Assembly: GCA_937870635.1 (NCBI GenBank)
Contig: CALMZP010000046.1
Span: 20,832 to 84,831, forward strand
DNA: 64,000 bases
Direction: 5' to 3'
DNA from: an uncultured Acidobacteriota bacterium
GTDB lineage: Bacteria; Acidobacteriota; Thermoanaerobaculia; Gp7-AA8
Numbering within the stretch: position 1 is the first letter of the stretch; every line of letters begins with the position of its first letter. Below, piece by piece: positions 55,274 to 63,053 of this stretch. Position numbers and translations under genes: made by a program. The notes under the pieces were generated by a model. The model was not told where the DNA came from, did no database searches, and worked only from the letters and a program-made list of their open reading frames with translations.

Positions 55274-56242
55274 TCAGCCCGCCAGGCGCCCCACGTGGTG
55301 CCTCAACAGGCCGAGGAGGGTGTACTCCGACGTGAGGCGGCTCTGACGCTCCTGCTCGCCCTGGAAGAGGTTGGCCATCGTGCCTGCCCGTTCCTCGTAC
55401 CAGCTGGCGCTCACTTCGCCGTGGGCACGCTTTTCCTCGAGGACCGCCAGGATGTGCTCGCGGTCGATGATCTCCGGATGGTGATTCGCCCCGAAGATGC
55501 GGGGGATGCCCGACCCGGGGTCCGACGCGATTTCGATCATCGTCAGGACGCGCCTGCTCTCCGATTCGAACGCGAGCGGCATGAACGAAGCCGAATCGTC
55601 CGCGACCAGGTCGAAAAGACGGTTGTCGAGAACCCGGAAATGACGGCGATCGGGGAGTCGTTCGGCGAACTTCGCAAACCACGGATGCTCCGCGGCTTCG
55701 TCGCTGAGGAAATTGGTGGGCATGCCGGTGCTCTTCGACTGCCGCATTTCCGGGTGGGCCGCACCGGACCACCGGCAGAGCAGCCCGAACGAGTGGCAGA
55801 TCGCCAGCAGAGCTGACGATTCGTCGGCGGCGATCGAATCGAACAGGTTGAACAGCGGCGACTCCCAGTCGGCGCTCTCCCGAATGCCTTGAGCCCAGAA
55901 TTGCTCGCCGTCGTTCTCACGGGGATCGAGGTGACCTGGTCCGCCCGTGCCGACGTAGAGCCGGAAGCGGCCGTTCGGCGCCGGCGGGATCTCGTGCCGT
56001 CGCCGCACGTCGAAGGAAATGGCCCGGATCACCTTCCCGCGCGACGCCAGTCGACCGCGAGCTTCCTCGGCCGCCTCGAGGATCGCGTGCACGATGGCGT
56101 CGTGGCCTACGTTCGGCCACGAGTGGTTCATGTCGAGGATGGCCACATCCAGCCGGGCCGGATCGGCCGGGGGGAGCGCTCCGCCGTCGAGACGTACGTA
56201 CTCGAAGAAGTCGTGCTTCTCGTGGATGTCGCGGCGCCTCAT
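55274..56242 (-). CDS. Class-I glutamine-amidotransferase-like (GATase1 / peptidase-C26-like) protein
   Basis: 322 aa. Nucleophile elbow LAICHSFGLL and a late GANHHPEI (His-x-Glu). Starts 3 nt after the GCS2 stop. Confidence 0.65.
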   Translation of the reverse strand: MRRRDIHEKHDFFEYVRLDGGALPPADPARLDVAILDMNHSWPNVGHDAIVHAILEAAEEARGRLASRGKVIRAISFDVRRRHEIPPAPNGRFRLYVGTGGPGHLDPRENDGEQFWAQGIRESADWESPLFNLFDSIAADESSALLAICHSFGLLCRWSGAAHPEMRQSKSTGMPTNFLSDEAAEHPWFAKFAERLPDRRHFRVLDNRLFDLVADDSASFMPLAFESESRRVLTMIEIASDPGSGIPRIFGANHHPEIIDREHILAVLEEKRAHGEVSASWYEERAGTMANLFQGEQERQSRLTSEYTLLGLLRHHVGRLAG

Positions 56243-56245
56243 CGC

Positions 56246-57358
56246 TTAGAACTTCAGTCCGTGCTCGGTCTCATTGATGATGAAGTCGACCACATCGCGA
56301 AGATCGTGCCGCTCTTCGTAAACGGCGAGCTGCCGGTCGGCGCCGGGACGATGTTTCACGATCTCACGGGCGTAGTAAACCTCGTTCCGCGAGCCGAGCT
56401 CGTCCACCACGTCGTCGACGAACTCGAGCAACTCGTCGAGCAGGGCCTCGTACGGAACTTCCATACCCTTCCCGAAGTCGATCAGTCTGGCATCCACCCC
56501 AAACCGCGCCGCCCGTGCTTTGTTCTCGTTGATCATCGCCCGCGGGTAGGTCCGCCAGCTCATGTTTCTGCTGTAGAGCTTCCACAGCTTTTTCGTGACC
56601 GCCTGGAAAAGCGCGGCGATGCAGATCGTCTCGTCGATCCGGAGCGGCACGTCGCAGATGCGGTACTCGAGAGTGGGGAAGAATGGATGCGGGCGAACGT
56701 CCCACCAGATCTTCTTCGCGTTGTCGATGCAGTTGGTCTTGATGAGGAGCTTCACGTGTTCGTCGAATTCGCTCCACGACCGGAAGTAGTCCGGCAGGCC
56801 CGTGCGAGGAAAGCGCTCGAACACTTTGGCGCGGTAACTCTTCCACCCCGTGTTGTGCGCGCACCAGAAAGGCGAATTCACCGACAGGGCAAAGATGTGC
56901 GGCAGGAAGTACCGCGCCGCGTTCATGATCTGGATGCGCGTCTCGTCATCTTCGATCGCGACGTGCACGTGCAGGCCGAAAATGAGGTTCGCGCGCGCCA
57001 CCATCTGCAGGTCGTAAACGATCTGATCGTAACGGGCCGCCGCGGTGATGGGGACCGTTGACCAGTGCGAAATCGGATGCGTGCCGGCCGCGGCGATTCG
57101 AAGGCTGCTCTCCCGAGCGAGTTTGCAGATCTCGTAGCGGAGACGTGTGACCTCGCGCCGCGCGTGAGCGACGTCGCGGCAGATCGGTGTGCCGACCTCG
57201 ATGACCGCGTCGTGCATCTCCCGCTTGATCTCGTCCTTCAGCCGCTTTTCACCCTCCGCGAACATCTCCTGGATGTGCGACTTGAGCTCGCGGGTATATG
57301 GCTCGATGACCTGAAACTCCTCTTCGATGCCGAGAGTGAAGGAGGGCTGAACTGTCAT
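56246..57358 (-). CDS. GCS2/YbdK-family carboxylate-amine ligase (glutamate-cysteine-ligase family 2)
   Basis: 370 aa. FTLGIEEEFQV, IEVGTPIC, GTHP, FGLHVHVAI, SVNSPFW, WWDVRPHP..PTLEYRICD. Confidence 0.88.
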   Translation of the reverse strand: MTVQPSFTLGIEEEFQVIEPYTRELKSHIQEMFAEGEKRLKDEIKREMHDAVIEVGTPICRDVAHARREVTRLRYEICKLARESSLRIAAAGTHPISHWSTVPITAAARYDQIVYDLQMVARANLIFGLHVHVAIEDDETRIQIMNAARYFLPHIFALSVNSPFWCAHNTGWKSYRAKVFERFPRTGLPDYFRSWSEFDEHVKLLIKTNCIDNAKKIWWDVRPHPFFPTLEYRICDVPLRIDETICIAALFQAVTKKLWKLYSRNMSWRTYPRAMINENKARAARFGVDARLIDFGKGMEVPYEALLDELLEFVDDVVDELGSRNEVYYAREIVKHRPGADRQLAVYEERHDLRDVVDFIINETEHGLKF

Positions 57359-57454
57359 GTCGTAAGGCGAAGTGTAATGGAGCGGTCGGCATGACAGGCA
57401 TCAGGACCCTTCTCCCCCAGCGAAGACTGGGCGAGAGGTTGCGCCCCGAAGGCC

Positions 57455-57693
57455 GGATGAGGGGGCGTTGAGAGTTTTGAGGGAAGAGGCTCGAGATTTG
57501 AGGTTTGAGAGTTGAGGTTTCTAGGTTTGAGACGGGAATGGGGATGGCGATTTGTGAATGTTCAATGTTGAATGTTGAATGTTGAATGGTGAGTGGTGAA
57601 ACTGAATTCAACACTCACCATTCAACATTGACCATTCACCATTCCCGTTTCTCTTCAGTCGAAATCTTCTCTCCCAACTCGCGCCCCTCATCC
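57455..57693. repeat. About 240-nt imperfect hairpin containing tandem heptamers (GAATGTT, TGAGGTT) around an apex near 57603
   Basis: GAATGGTGAGTG (57584-57595) pairs with CACTCACCATTC (57612-57623). Outer pairs are GGATGAGGGGGCG / CGCCCCTCATCC. Lies 3' of the ATP-grasp gene on the minus strand. Confidence 0.85.
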
Positions 57694-57714
57694 GCCGCCT
57701 CGCGGGATGCAATA

Positions 57715-58683
57715 TCACCTCGGCACAATGGGCTCCCGGATGTCCTTCTCCGTCCGCATCACGGCCGGCCAGGATCCGGTCAGCTCGAGCTTCTTCTTTT
57801 CATTGACGAGTTCGATCAGGACCTCGGCCATGTTCGTGACCATCCAGTCGAAGTTCTCGCGGCCGACCGAGTTGAGGTCGGCGTCAGGCGCGCAGTTCAT
57901 GAAGTCGATCGCGTATGGGATGCCGCCGCGCACGGCGAACTCGACGGTGTTCATGTCGTAGCCGAGTCCTTCGCACAGGGCGACGGCATCGCGATGGATC
58001 TTCGCTTCGAACGCGGGGTCCATCGGCGGAGGGTTCTTCACGTAACGCAGATGGAAGGGTTGCTTCGGGTCGTAGGCCATGATGCGCACGCGTTTCCGGC
58101 CGAGGACGTAGCAGCGGTAGTAGAGCTCGAACTCGATCGCTTCCTGCGCCATCATCGTCAGGTCGCGTGTCTGGTCGTAGGCGGCGAAGAACTCGTCGGG
58201 ATTGTGGACCTTGTACACGTCCTTCCACCCGCCGCCGTATGCCGGCTTCATGAAGACCGGCCATCCCAGGTATGCAAAGAGCTCGTCCCAGTTCACCCAC
58301 TTCATGTTGCGGAACGACTTCGCCTCTGTATTGGGCGGATACTGCTTGTGCGGGAGAAGGGCGGTACGCGGAACGGCGACGTTCGCGGCTTTGGCGACGA
58401 GGTTGTCGAAAAACTTGTCGTCGGCAGACCACCAGATCGGGTTGTTGACGATCTTCACGCCGGACGCGGCCGCACATTTCAGCCACGTCCGATAGAACGG
58501 GACTTCGTGACTGATGCGGTCGAGGACGAGGTCGTAGGCGAAGACACCGTCGTCCTTGAGCCAGGAGATCTCGACCGGCGATGCTTCGACGGAATCTCCG
58601 CCGCGCTCATTGATTGCGTTGATGAGCGCCCACGGAAACGTGTCTTCCATACCGAACAGCAGTCCGATTCTCTTCTTACTCAT
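57715..58683 (-). CDS. ATP-grasp-fold ligase (RimK/glutathione-synthetase-like)
   Basis: 322 aa. WPVFMKPAYGGGWKDVYKV, AQEAIEFELYYRCYVLG, NTVEFAVRGGIPYAIDFMN. Confidence 0.75.
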   Translation of the reverse strand: MSKKRIGLLFGMEDTFPWALINAINERGGDSVEASPVEISWLKDDGVFAYDLVLDRISHEVPFYRTWLKCAAASGVKIVNNPIWWSADDKFFDNLVAKAANVAVPRTALLPHKQYPPNTEAKSFRNMKWVNWDELFAYLGWPVFMKPAYGGGWKDVYKVHNPDEFFAAYDQTRDLTMMAQEAIEFELYYRCYVLGRKRVRIMAYDPKQPFHLRYVKNPPPMDPAFEAKIHRDAVALCEGLGYDMNTVEFAVRGGIPYAIDFMNCAPDADLNSVGRENFDWMVTNMAEVLIELVNEKKKLELTGSWPAVMRTEKDIREPIVPR

Positions 58684-58706
58684 TGGGTTCTCCGGGAAAA
58701 CGATCG

Positions 58707-58714
58707 TATAGAAT
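58707..58714 (+). promoter_or_regulatory. TATAGAAT -10-like box upstream of the esterase gene
   Basis: Identical octamer to the one upstream of mdh, 26 nt before ATG 58740. Confidence 0.3.
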
Positions 58715-58739
58715 CGCCGAGCAGTCGCGCAACGCGATC

Positions 58740-59447
58740 ATGTACCGCGAATACGGACAGTGGTGGAGCCCCTCCCTCGGCCGGACGATGGAGTTTCTGT
58801 GGTTCGGCAAGTTCGGCCGGCCGGTGATGATGTTTCCCACCTCATCGGGGCGCTTCTTCGAGAACGAAGACTTCGGCCTCGCCGCTTCGGTTGCGGACAA
58901 AGTCGACGCCGGGGAAATTCAGCTGGTGCTCGTCGACACCGTGAACGGCGAGAGCTGGTACAACAAGTCGGTCCATCCGCAGGTTCGTGCTGCACGACAC
59001 GTGCAATACGACTCTTATCTCCGCCACGAGATGGTCCCCTACATCTTCAATCGGGCGCAGCGAGGCGACCTGACGGTGTACGGAGCGAGTTTCGGCGCCT
59101 ATCACGCATCGAATTTCGCGGCCCGCTATCCGGACGTCGTCAGCCGCGCGATCTGCTTCTCAGGTGTCTACGACATCTATGCATTCACGGACGGATACTG
59201 GGACGACAACTGCTATTACCACTGTCCGGTCGCCTTCATCGCGAACATGGACGGCAACCTCGCTGCGCGCCTGGCGCGGACGAGCTGGGTAATCGCGACG
59301 GGCGAATACGACTCACTGGTGCAGAAGAACCGGGAGTTTTCGTCGCTGCTCTGGTCGAAGGGAATCCCGAATCACTCGGAATTCTGGGGCGGCGTCTTCG
59401 GCCACGACTGGCCCTGGTGGCGGGATCACCTGAGAAGGTTCGTGTAG
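58740..59447 (+). CDS. Esterase-family alpha/beta hydrolase (esterase-D / putative-esterase type)
   Basis: ATG 58740 (the track start at 58683 is TTG). Nucleophile region VYGASFGAYHASNFAARYPD and late FGHDWPWW. Divergent from the ATP-grasp gene. Confidence 0.7.
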   Translation: MYREYGQWWSPSLGRTMEFLWFGKFGRPVMMFPTSSGRFFENEDFGLAASVADKVDAGEIQLVLVDTVNGESWYNKSVHPQVRAARHVQYDSYLRHEMVPYIFNRAQRGDLTVYGASFGAYHASNFAARYPDVVSRAICFSGVYDIYAFTDGYWDDNCYYHCPVAFIANMDGNLAARLARTSWVIATGEYDSLVQKNREFSSLLWSKGIPNHSEFWGGVFGHDWPWWRDHLRRFV

Positions 59448-59460
59448 GGAACGCGGGGGA

Positions 59461-59527
59461 CGCGGGCGAGGTCGCCCGCGCTCCACTCAGTTGCGCGAGA
59501 GGTGGAGGGCGGGCGACCTCGCCCGCC
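59461..59527. repeat. Pair of REP-like units in tail-to-head arrangement
   Basis: CGCGGGCGAGGTCGCCCGCGCTCCAC (59461-59486), a 15-nt spacer, then GTGGAGGGCGGGCGACCTCGCCCGCC (59502-59527). Lies between convergent 3' ends. Confidence 0.9.
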
Positions 59528-59548
59528 CAGCCCATGTCGTTCGCGAAC

Positions 59549-60523
59549 CTACTTCCGGGCCCGCTTGTGGGACATCAGTTCGCGGAGCGCGTCGGCGGGG
59601 ATGGAGCCGGTGATTTCGACCGCGTTGTCCGAACGCTGCACTTCGAAGCGCCGGAGAACGGGAACGAACTCCGGATTGCGATCCCTGACCGACAGACGCA
59701 GCGCGGAGAGTGCGCCGCGGAGCGTATCTTCGACGAGCTGGAGCGTCTCTGCGTCACTGGTCAGGCCGAACGCACCGAGCTTGAGCGAATCGCCCGTGTC
59801 GGTTGCCCACATGCCTACGGTGGAGATGTTGCGGACCGCCGCCGACAGAGCCTGCCCGTGCTGCTTGTTGCCGTGATGCTGGAGGCCGTCGGTGCCGCCG
59901 GTGAGACGAGAAGCGCGAGTGACATCGACGAGGGCCCACGCGGATGCGCCGGCTTCGACTCGCCCGACTTCGTGACCGAGGATGCTCTGCCCGAAGCCGG
60001 TGCCGCCGTCTTTGAAGGCCTGAAGTGCTTCGACGACCGCGCTTTCACTGCCGGCAATCGCCAGCGTCGCTGACGGGAAAGCGACCGCGCCGGTCTTGTT
60101 GCTTTCACGGCCGGAATCGGGCAGGGTGAAGTAGTTCGCTTTGCGGACCGCGCCGCGCGAGATGAGGGCTGTGGAGAGACGGTCGACCGAGAAGCGGCCG
60201 TCGGCGAGCACGAGCACTTCTCCTTCAGAGCCGAGGCGCGTCAACGGAGAAGTGGCGACGACGAGAACGTCGATGTCCTTCGCAAGGTCGAGGCCGGCAT
60301 CGCTGAGGAACTGCGCCGCCTCACCGTTCGTGCCGAAGCGGTCGGCATGCTGGAACAGCGTCGAGGACAGCGGGCTGCTGCGAAGGTCGGCCACGCGCAC
60401 GACACCAACGGAGACGGCGTCAGCGGGAACGAGAGAGAGGGCGCCGCCCGCTGCGAACAAAGAAGTGGCAGCGAGAGTGAGCGGGAAGAGAAACACGAGA
60501 CGGCGAACGAGGGAGGGAGTCAT
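59549..60523 (-). CDS. Secreted/periplasmic hypothetical protein, last gene of the ABC-2 cluster
   Basis: ATG 60523 with an AAAGGA RBS. Signal peptide MTPSLVRRLVFLFPLTLAATSLFA. Starts 2 nt after the permease stop. Confidence 0.65.
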   Translation of the reverse strand: MTPSLVRRLVFLFPLTLAATSLFAAGGALSLVPADAVSVGVVRVADLRSSPLSSTLFQHADRFGTNGEAAQFLSDAGLDLAKDIDVLVVATSPLTRLGSEGEVLVLADGRFSVDRLSTALISRGAVRKANYFTLPDSGRESNKTGAVAFPSATLAIAGSESAVVEALQAFKDGGTGFGQSILGHEVGRVEAGASAWALVDVTRASRLTGGTDGLQHHGNKQHGQALSAAVRNISTVGMWATDTGDSLKLGAFGLTSDAETLQLVEDTLRGALSALRLSVRDRNPEFVPVLRRFEVQRSDNAVEITGSIPADALRELMSHKRARK

Positions 60524-60525
60524 GA

Positions 60526-61386
60526 CTAGAATTCCTTTCTCTGGAAAAACCACGAAGCGAGAGCAAAACATCCGATTCCGAAAGCCGCGGTGGTGAGGAA
60601 GGGCGCCGGCGTCAGCACCGAAGCGATGCGCTCCGGCACCATCTCAGCGCCCACATAGGCGACCACGGCCTGACCGAGCTCCGCGGTCTTCGGAATGATC
60701 CAGTACAGCGTGTTGATGAGCGTTGCCTGCCACTCTTTCGAGACCGCCGCCTCGATACGCTCGTGCGCGACGAGCATCAGCGCGAAGAAGAAGAGGCCGT
60801 AGGTAGCCATGATCGAGACGGCCGTCGACGAGGTGACGACGCCGATGAGGAACGCGAACGCCAGCAGCGTAGCGATCACGAAGAGGATGATCGCTCCGGC
60901 GAGAAGGAAGCGTACGTTCATCACGCCCGTCTTCCAGCCGACGATGAGAGAGATCGCGCCGAGCAGGTAGATCACATTGCTCGCTGCGAGCAGGACGCCC
61001 GCAAAGTAGCGTGAGATCAGAAGGCTGAAGCGCGATACGGGACGCGACAGGTAGAGATCGATCGTGCCCTTCTCCTGCAGCCGGGGAACCAGGTGCGCCG
61101 TGGCGAAGATCGCCATGAATGTGCAGAGGAAATAGAGGATCGCAGAGAACCCGGTCTCGAAACCGAGAACGAGGCGCTCGATGCTCAGTTCCTGCGGGCC
61201 GCCGCCCATTTGCACTTCCTGGCCGAAGAGTTTCGCGCCCGCCAGCGTCCCATCAACAATATCGAGGTTGATTGCTGAAGCAAAAATAATGAGAAATATT
61301 GATGATAGGAAGAAGTAGGCAATTAACGTCCATCTCGCGGCCGCTTCGCGCCAGACGTCTTCCATGCTGGCCCACATCAGTTTCAT
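60526..61386 (-). CDS. ABC-2-type transporter permease
   Basis: 286 aa with six hydrophobic helices. The ATG overlaps the ATPase stop (ATGA). Confidence 0.8.
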   Translation of the reverse strand: MKLMWASMEDVWREAAARWTLIAYFFLSSIFLIIFASAINLDIVDGTLAGAKLFGQEVQMGGGPQELSIERLVLGFETGFSAILYFLCTFMAIFATAHLVPRLQEKGTIDLYLSRPVSRFSLLISRYFAGVLLAASNVIYLLGAISLIVGWKTGVMNVRFLLAGAIILFVIATLLAFAFLIGVVTSSTAVSIMATYGLFFFALMLVAHERIEAAVSKEWQATLINTLYWIIPKTAELGQAVVAYVGAEMVPERIASVLTPAPFLTTAAFGIGCFALASWFFQRKEF

Positions 61387-62342
61387 GAGCGTCCCTCCTC
61401 CATTCCGCCCACCTGGACGTCGGACGCCCGGACGAGATCGACGAACACGTCTTCGAGGGTGGACCGCACCGGCGACAACTCGGAGAGCATCCCGCCGCCG
61501 GCACGGAGCTTGTCGACGAGCGCGTTGAGATGCTGCACCCCGTCGACCGAGAGGATCACATGGCCGTTGACGCGTTCCACCGCTGCACCGCTCTCCCGGA
61601 ACGCCGCCAGCAGGGCGTCATCCATCGGGGAGGCGATCATCTTGTACTGCTCGCCCTTGCGCGTGAGGTCGGCGATGCGTCCCGCCACGGCCACCTTTCC
61701 CTTGCGGAGCACGGCTACGCGGTCGCAGGTCAGCTCGATCTCCGAAAGAAGATGGGAGTTGAGGAGGACGGCCGTGCCGCGCGAGGCTTCGGCGCGCAGC
61801 AGATCGCGAATCTCACGGCGTCCGACCGGATCGACGCCGTCCGTCGGCTCGTCGAGCAGGAGCACGTTCGGCGAGTGGATGAGCGCGCAGATGAGACCCA
61901 GCCGCTGGGTCATGCCCTTCGAGAACTTCTTGACCCGCATGTCGCCCCATTGACCGAGGCCGACCTGCTCCAGGAGCTCGGCGGAACGGCGCCGGATGTC
62001 CGCCGTCTCCATCCCCGACATCCGTCCGAAGATCGAGAGCGTCTGGCGGGCGGTCAGATATCCCGGAATGCGATGCCCTTCAGGGAGATACCCCACGCGC
62101 CGCCGCGATTCCGGATCGCTGACGGGCAGGCCGCTCACGCGAGCGGACCCTTCCGTCGCGCGGGTGAGCCCGAGGAGGATCTTGACGGTCGTGGTCTTGC
62201 CGGCCCCGTTCGGCCCCAGGAGCCCGAAAAGCTCGCCGGGGCCGACGGTGAAGTCGATGCCGTCGAGGGCCGTCACCCTCGATTGCCCCAAGGCCGACCG
62301 GTACACCTTCCGCAGCCCCGTGACCTCGATGAGAGGAGTCAT
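61383..62342 (-). CDS. ABC transporter ATP-binding protein (ABC-2/DrrA-like)
   Basis: 319 aa. GPNGAGKTTT, FSKGMTQRLGL signature, LLLDEPTDGVD. Confidence 0.92.
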   Translation of the reverse strand: MTPLIEVTGLRKVYRSALGQSRVTALDGIDFTVGPGELFGLLGPNGAGKTTTVKILLGLTRATEGSARVSGLPVSDPESRRRVGYLPEGHRIPGYLTARQTLSIFGRMSGMETADIRRRSAELLEQVGLGQWGDMRVKKFSKGMTQRLGLICALIHSPNVLLLDEPTDGVDPVGRREIRDLLRAEASRGTAVLLNSHLLSEIELTCDRVAVLRKGKVAVAGRIADLTRKGEQYKMIASPMDDALLAAFRESGAAVERVNGHVILSVDGVQHLNALVDKLRAGGGMLSELSPVRSTLEDVFVDLVRASDVQVGGMEEGRS

Positions 62343-62379
62343 AGAGCGATGTTACGTCTCCGGGCGCGGATGGTTGCGA

Positions 62380-63006
62380 CTATCTGGCCGTGGCCGTCAC
62401 CTCGACCGCCTGAATCCGCTTCTCGACCGCGTTCCAGTCGACGTTCGAAAGGAACGCCTCGATGTATTTCGGGCGGTCGGCCGGCTTGTAGTCCAGCAGG
62501 AACGCGTGTTCCCAGACATCCATGACCAGCAGGGGGATGAATCCGGCCACGTTCCCCGTCTCGTGAAGGGTGATCCAGTGATTCGAGACGCTGCCGTTGG
62601 CGGGATCGAGGTAACAGATCGCCCAGCCGACTCCTCTCATCTTGCCGACACCCACGAAATCGGTCTTCCAGATGTCGTAGCTCGGAAAGCTCTTCTCGAC
62701 GGCGGACCGGAAGGCGCCTTTCCCGGCATCGTCCCCGCCGTTCATCTTCATGTTTCCGAAGTAGTACTCGTGGAGAACCATTCCGTTGTATTCGAAACCG
62801 AGGCGGCGCGTCAGCTCCGAATACGCAGGCATCTCTTCCTGGTCGACCTCCCCGTCCGAGAGGATGGCGGCGATGCGCTCCGTCAGCGTGTTGGCGTTCG
62901 TGACGTATCCCTCGTAGAGCTTGAAGTGCATCTCGAGCGTCTTGTCGGAGATCCCTTTCAGGCCGGAGAGATTGAAGGACTTGGGCTTGTAGGTTTTTGT
63001 TTCCAT
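62380..63006 (-). CDS. Fe/Mn superoxide-dismutase-family protein (divergent N-terminal motif)
   Basis: 209 aa from ATG 63006. All four metal-ligand positions are recognisable (LEMHFK, VLHEYYF, DVWEHAF). The canonical KHH after the first His is absent. Confidence 0.75.
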   Translation of the reverse strand: METKTYKPKSFNLSGLKGISDKTLEMHFKLYEGYVTNANTLTERIAAILSDGEVDQEEMPAYSELTRRLGFEYNGMVLHEYYFGNMKMNGGDDAGKGAFRSAVEKSFPSYDIWKTDFVGVGKMRGVGWAICYLDPANGSVSNHWITLHETGNVAGFIPLLVMDVWEHAFLLDYKPADRPKYIEAFLSNVDWNAVEKRIQAVEVTATAR

Positions 63007-63053
63007 GCGCCTCGGCGCTTGCATAACGCGCACCGGCGGCGCAGCGACGCGCC

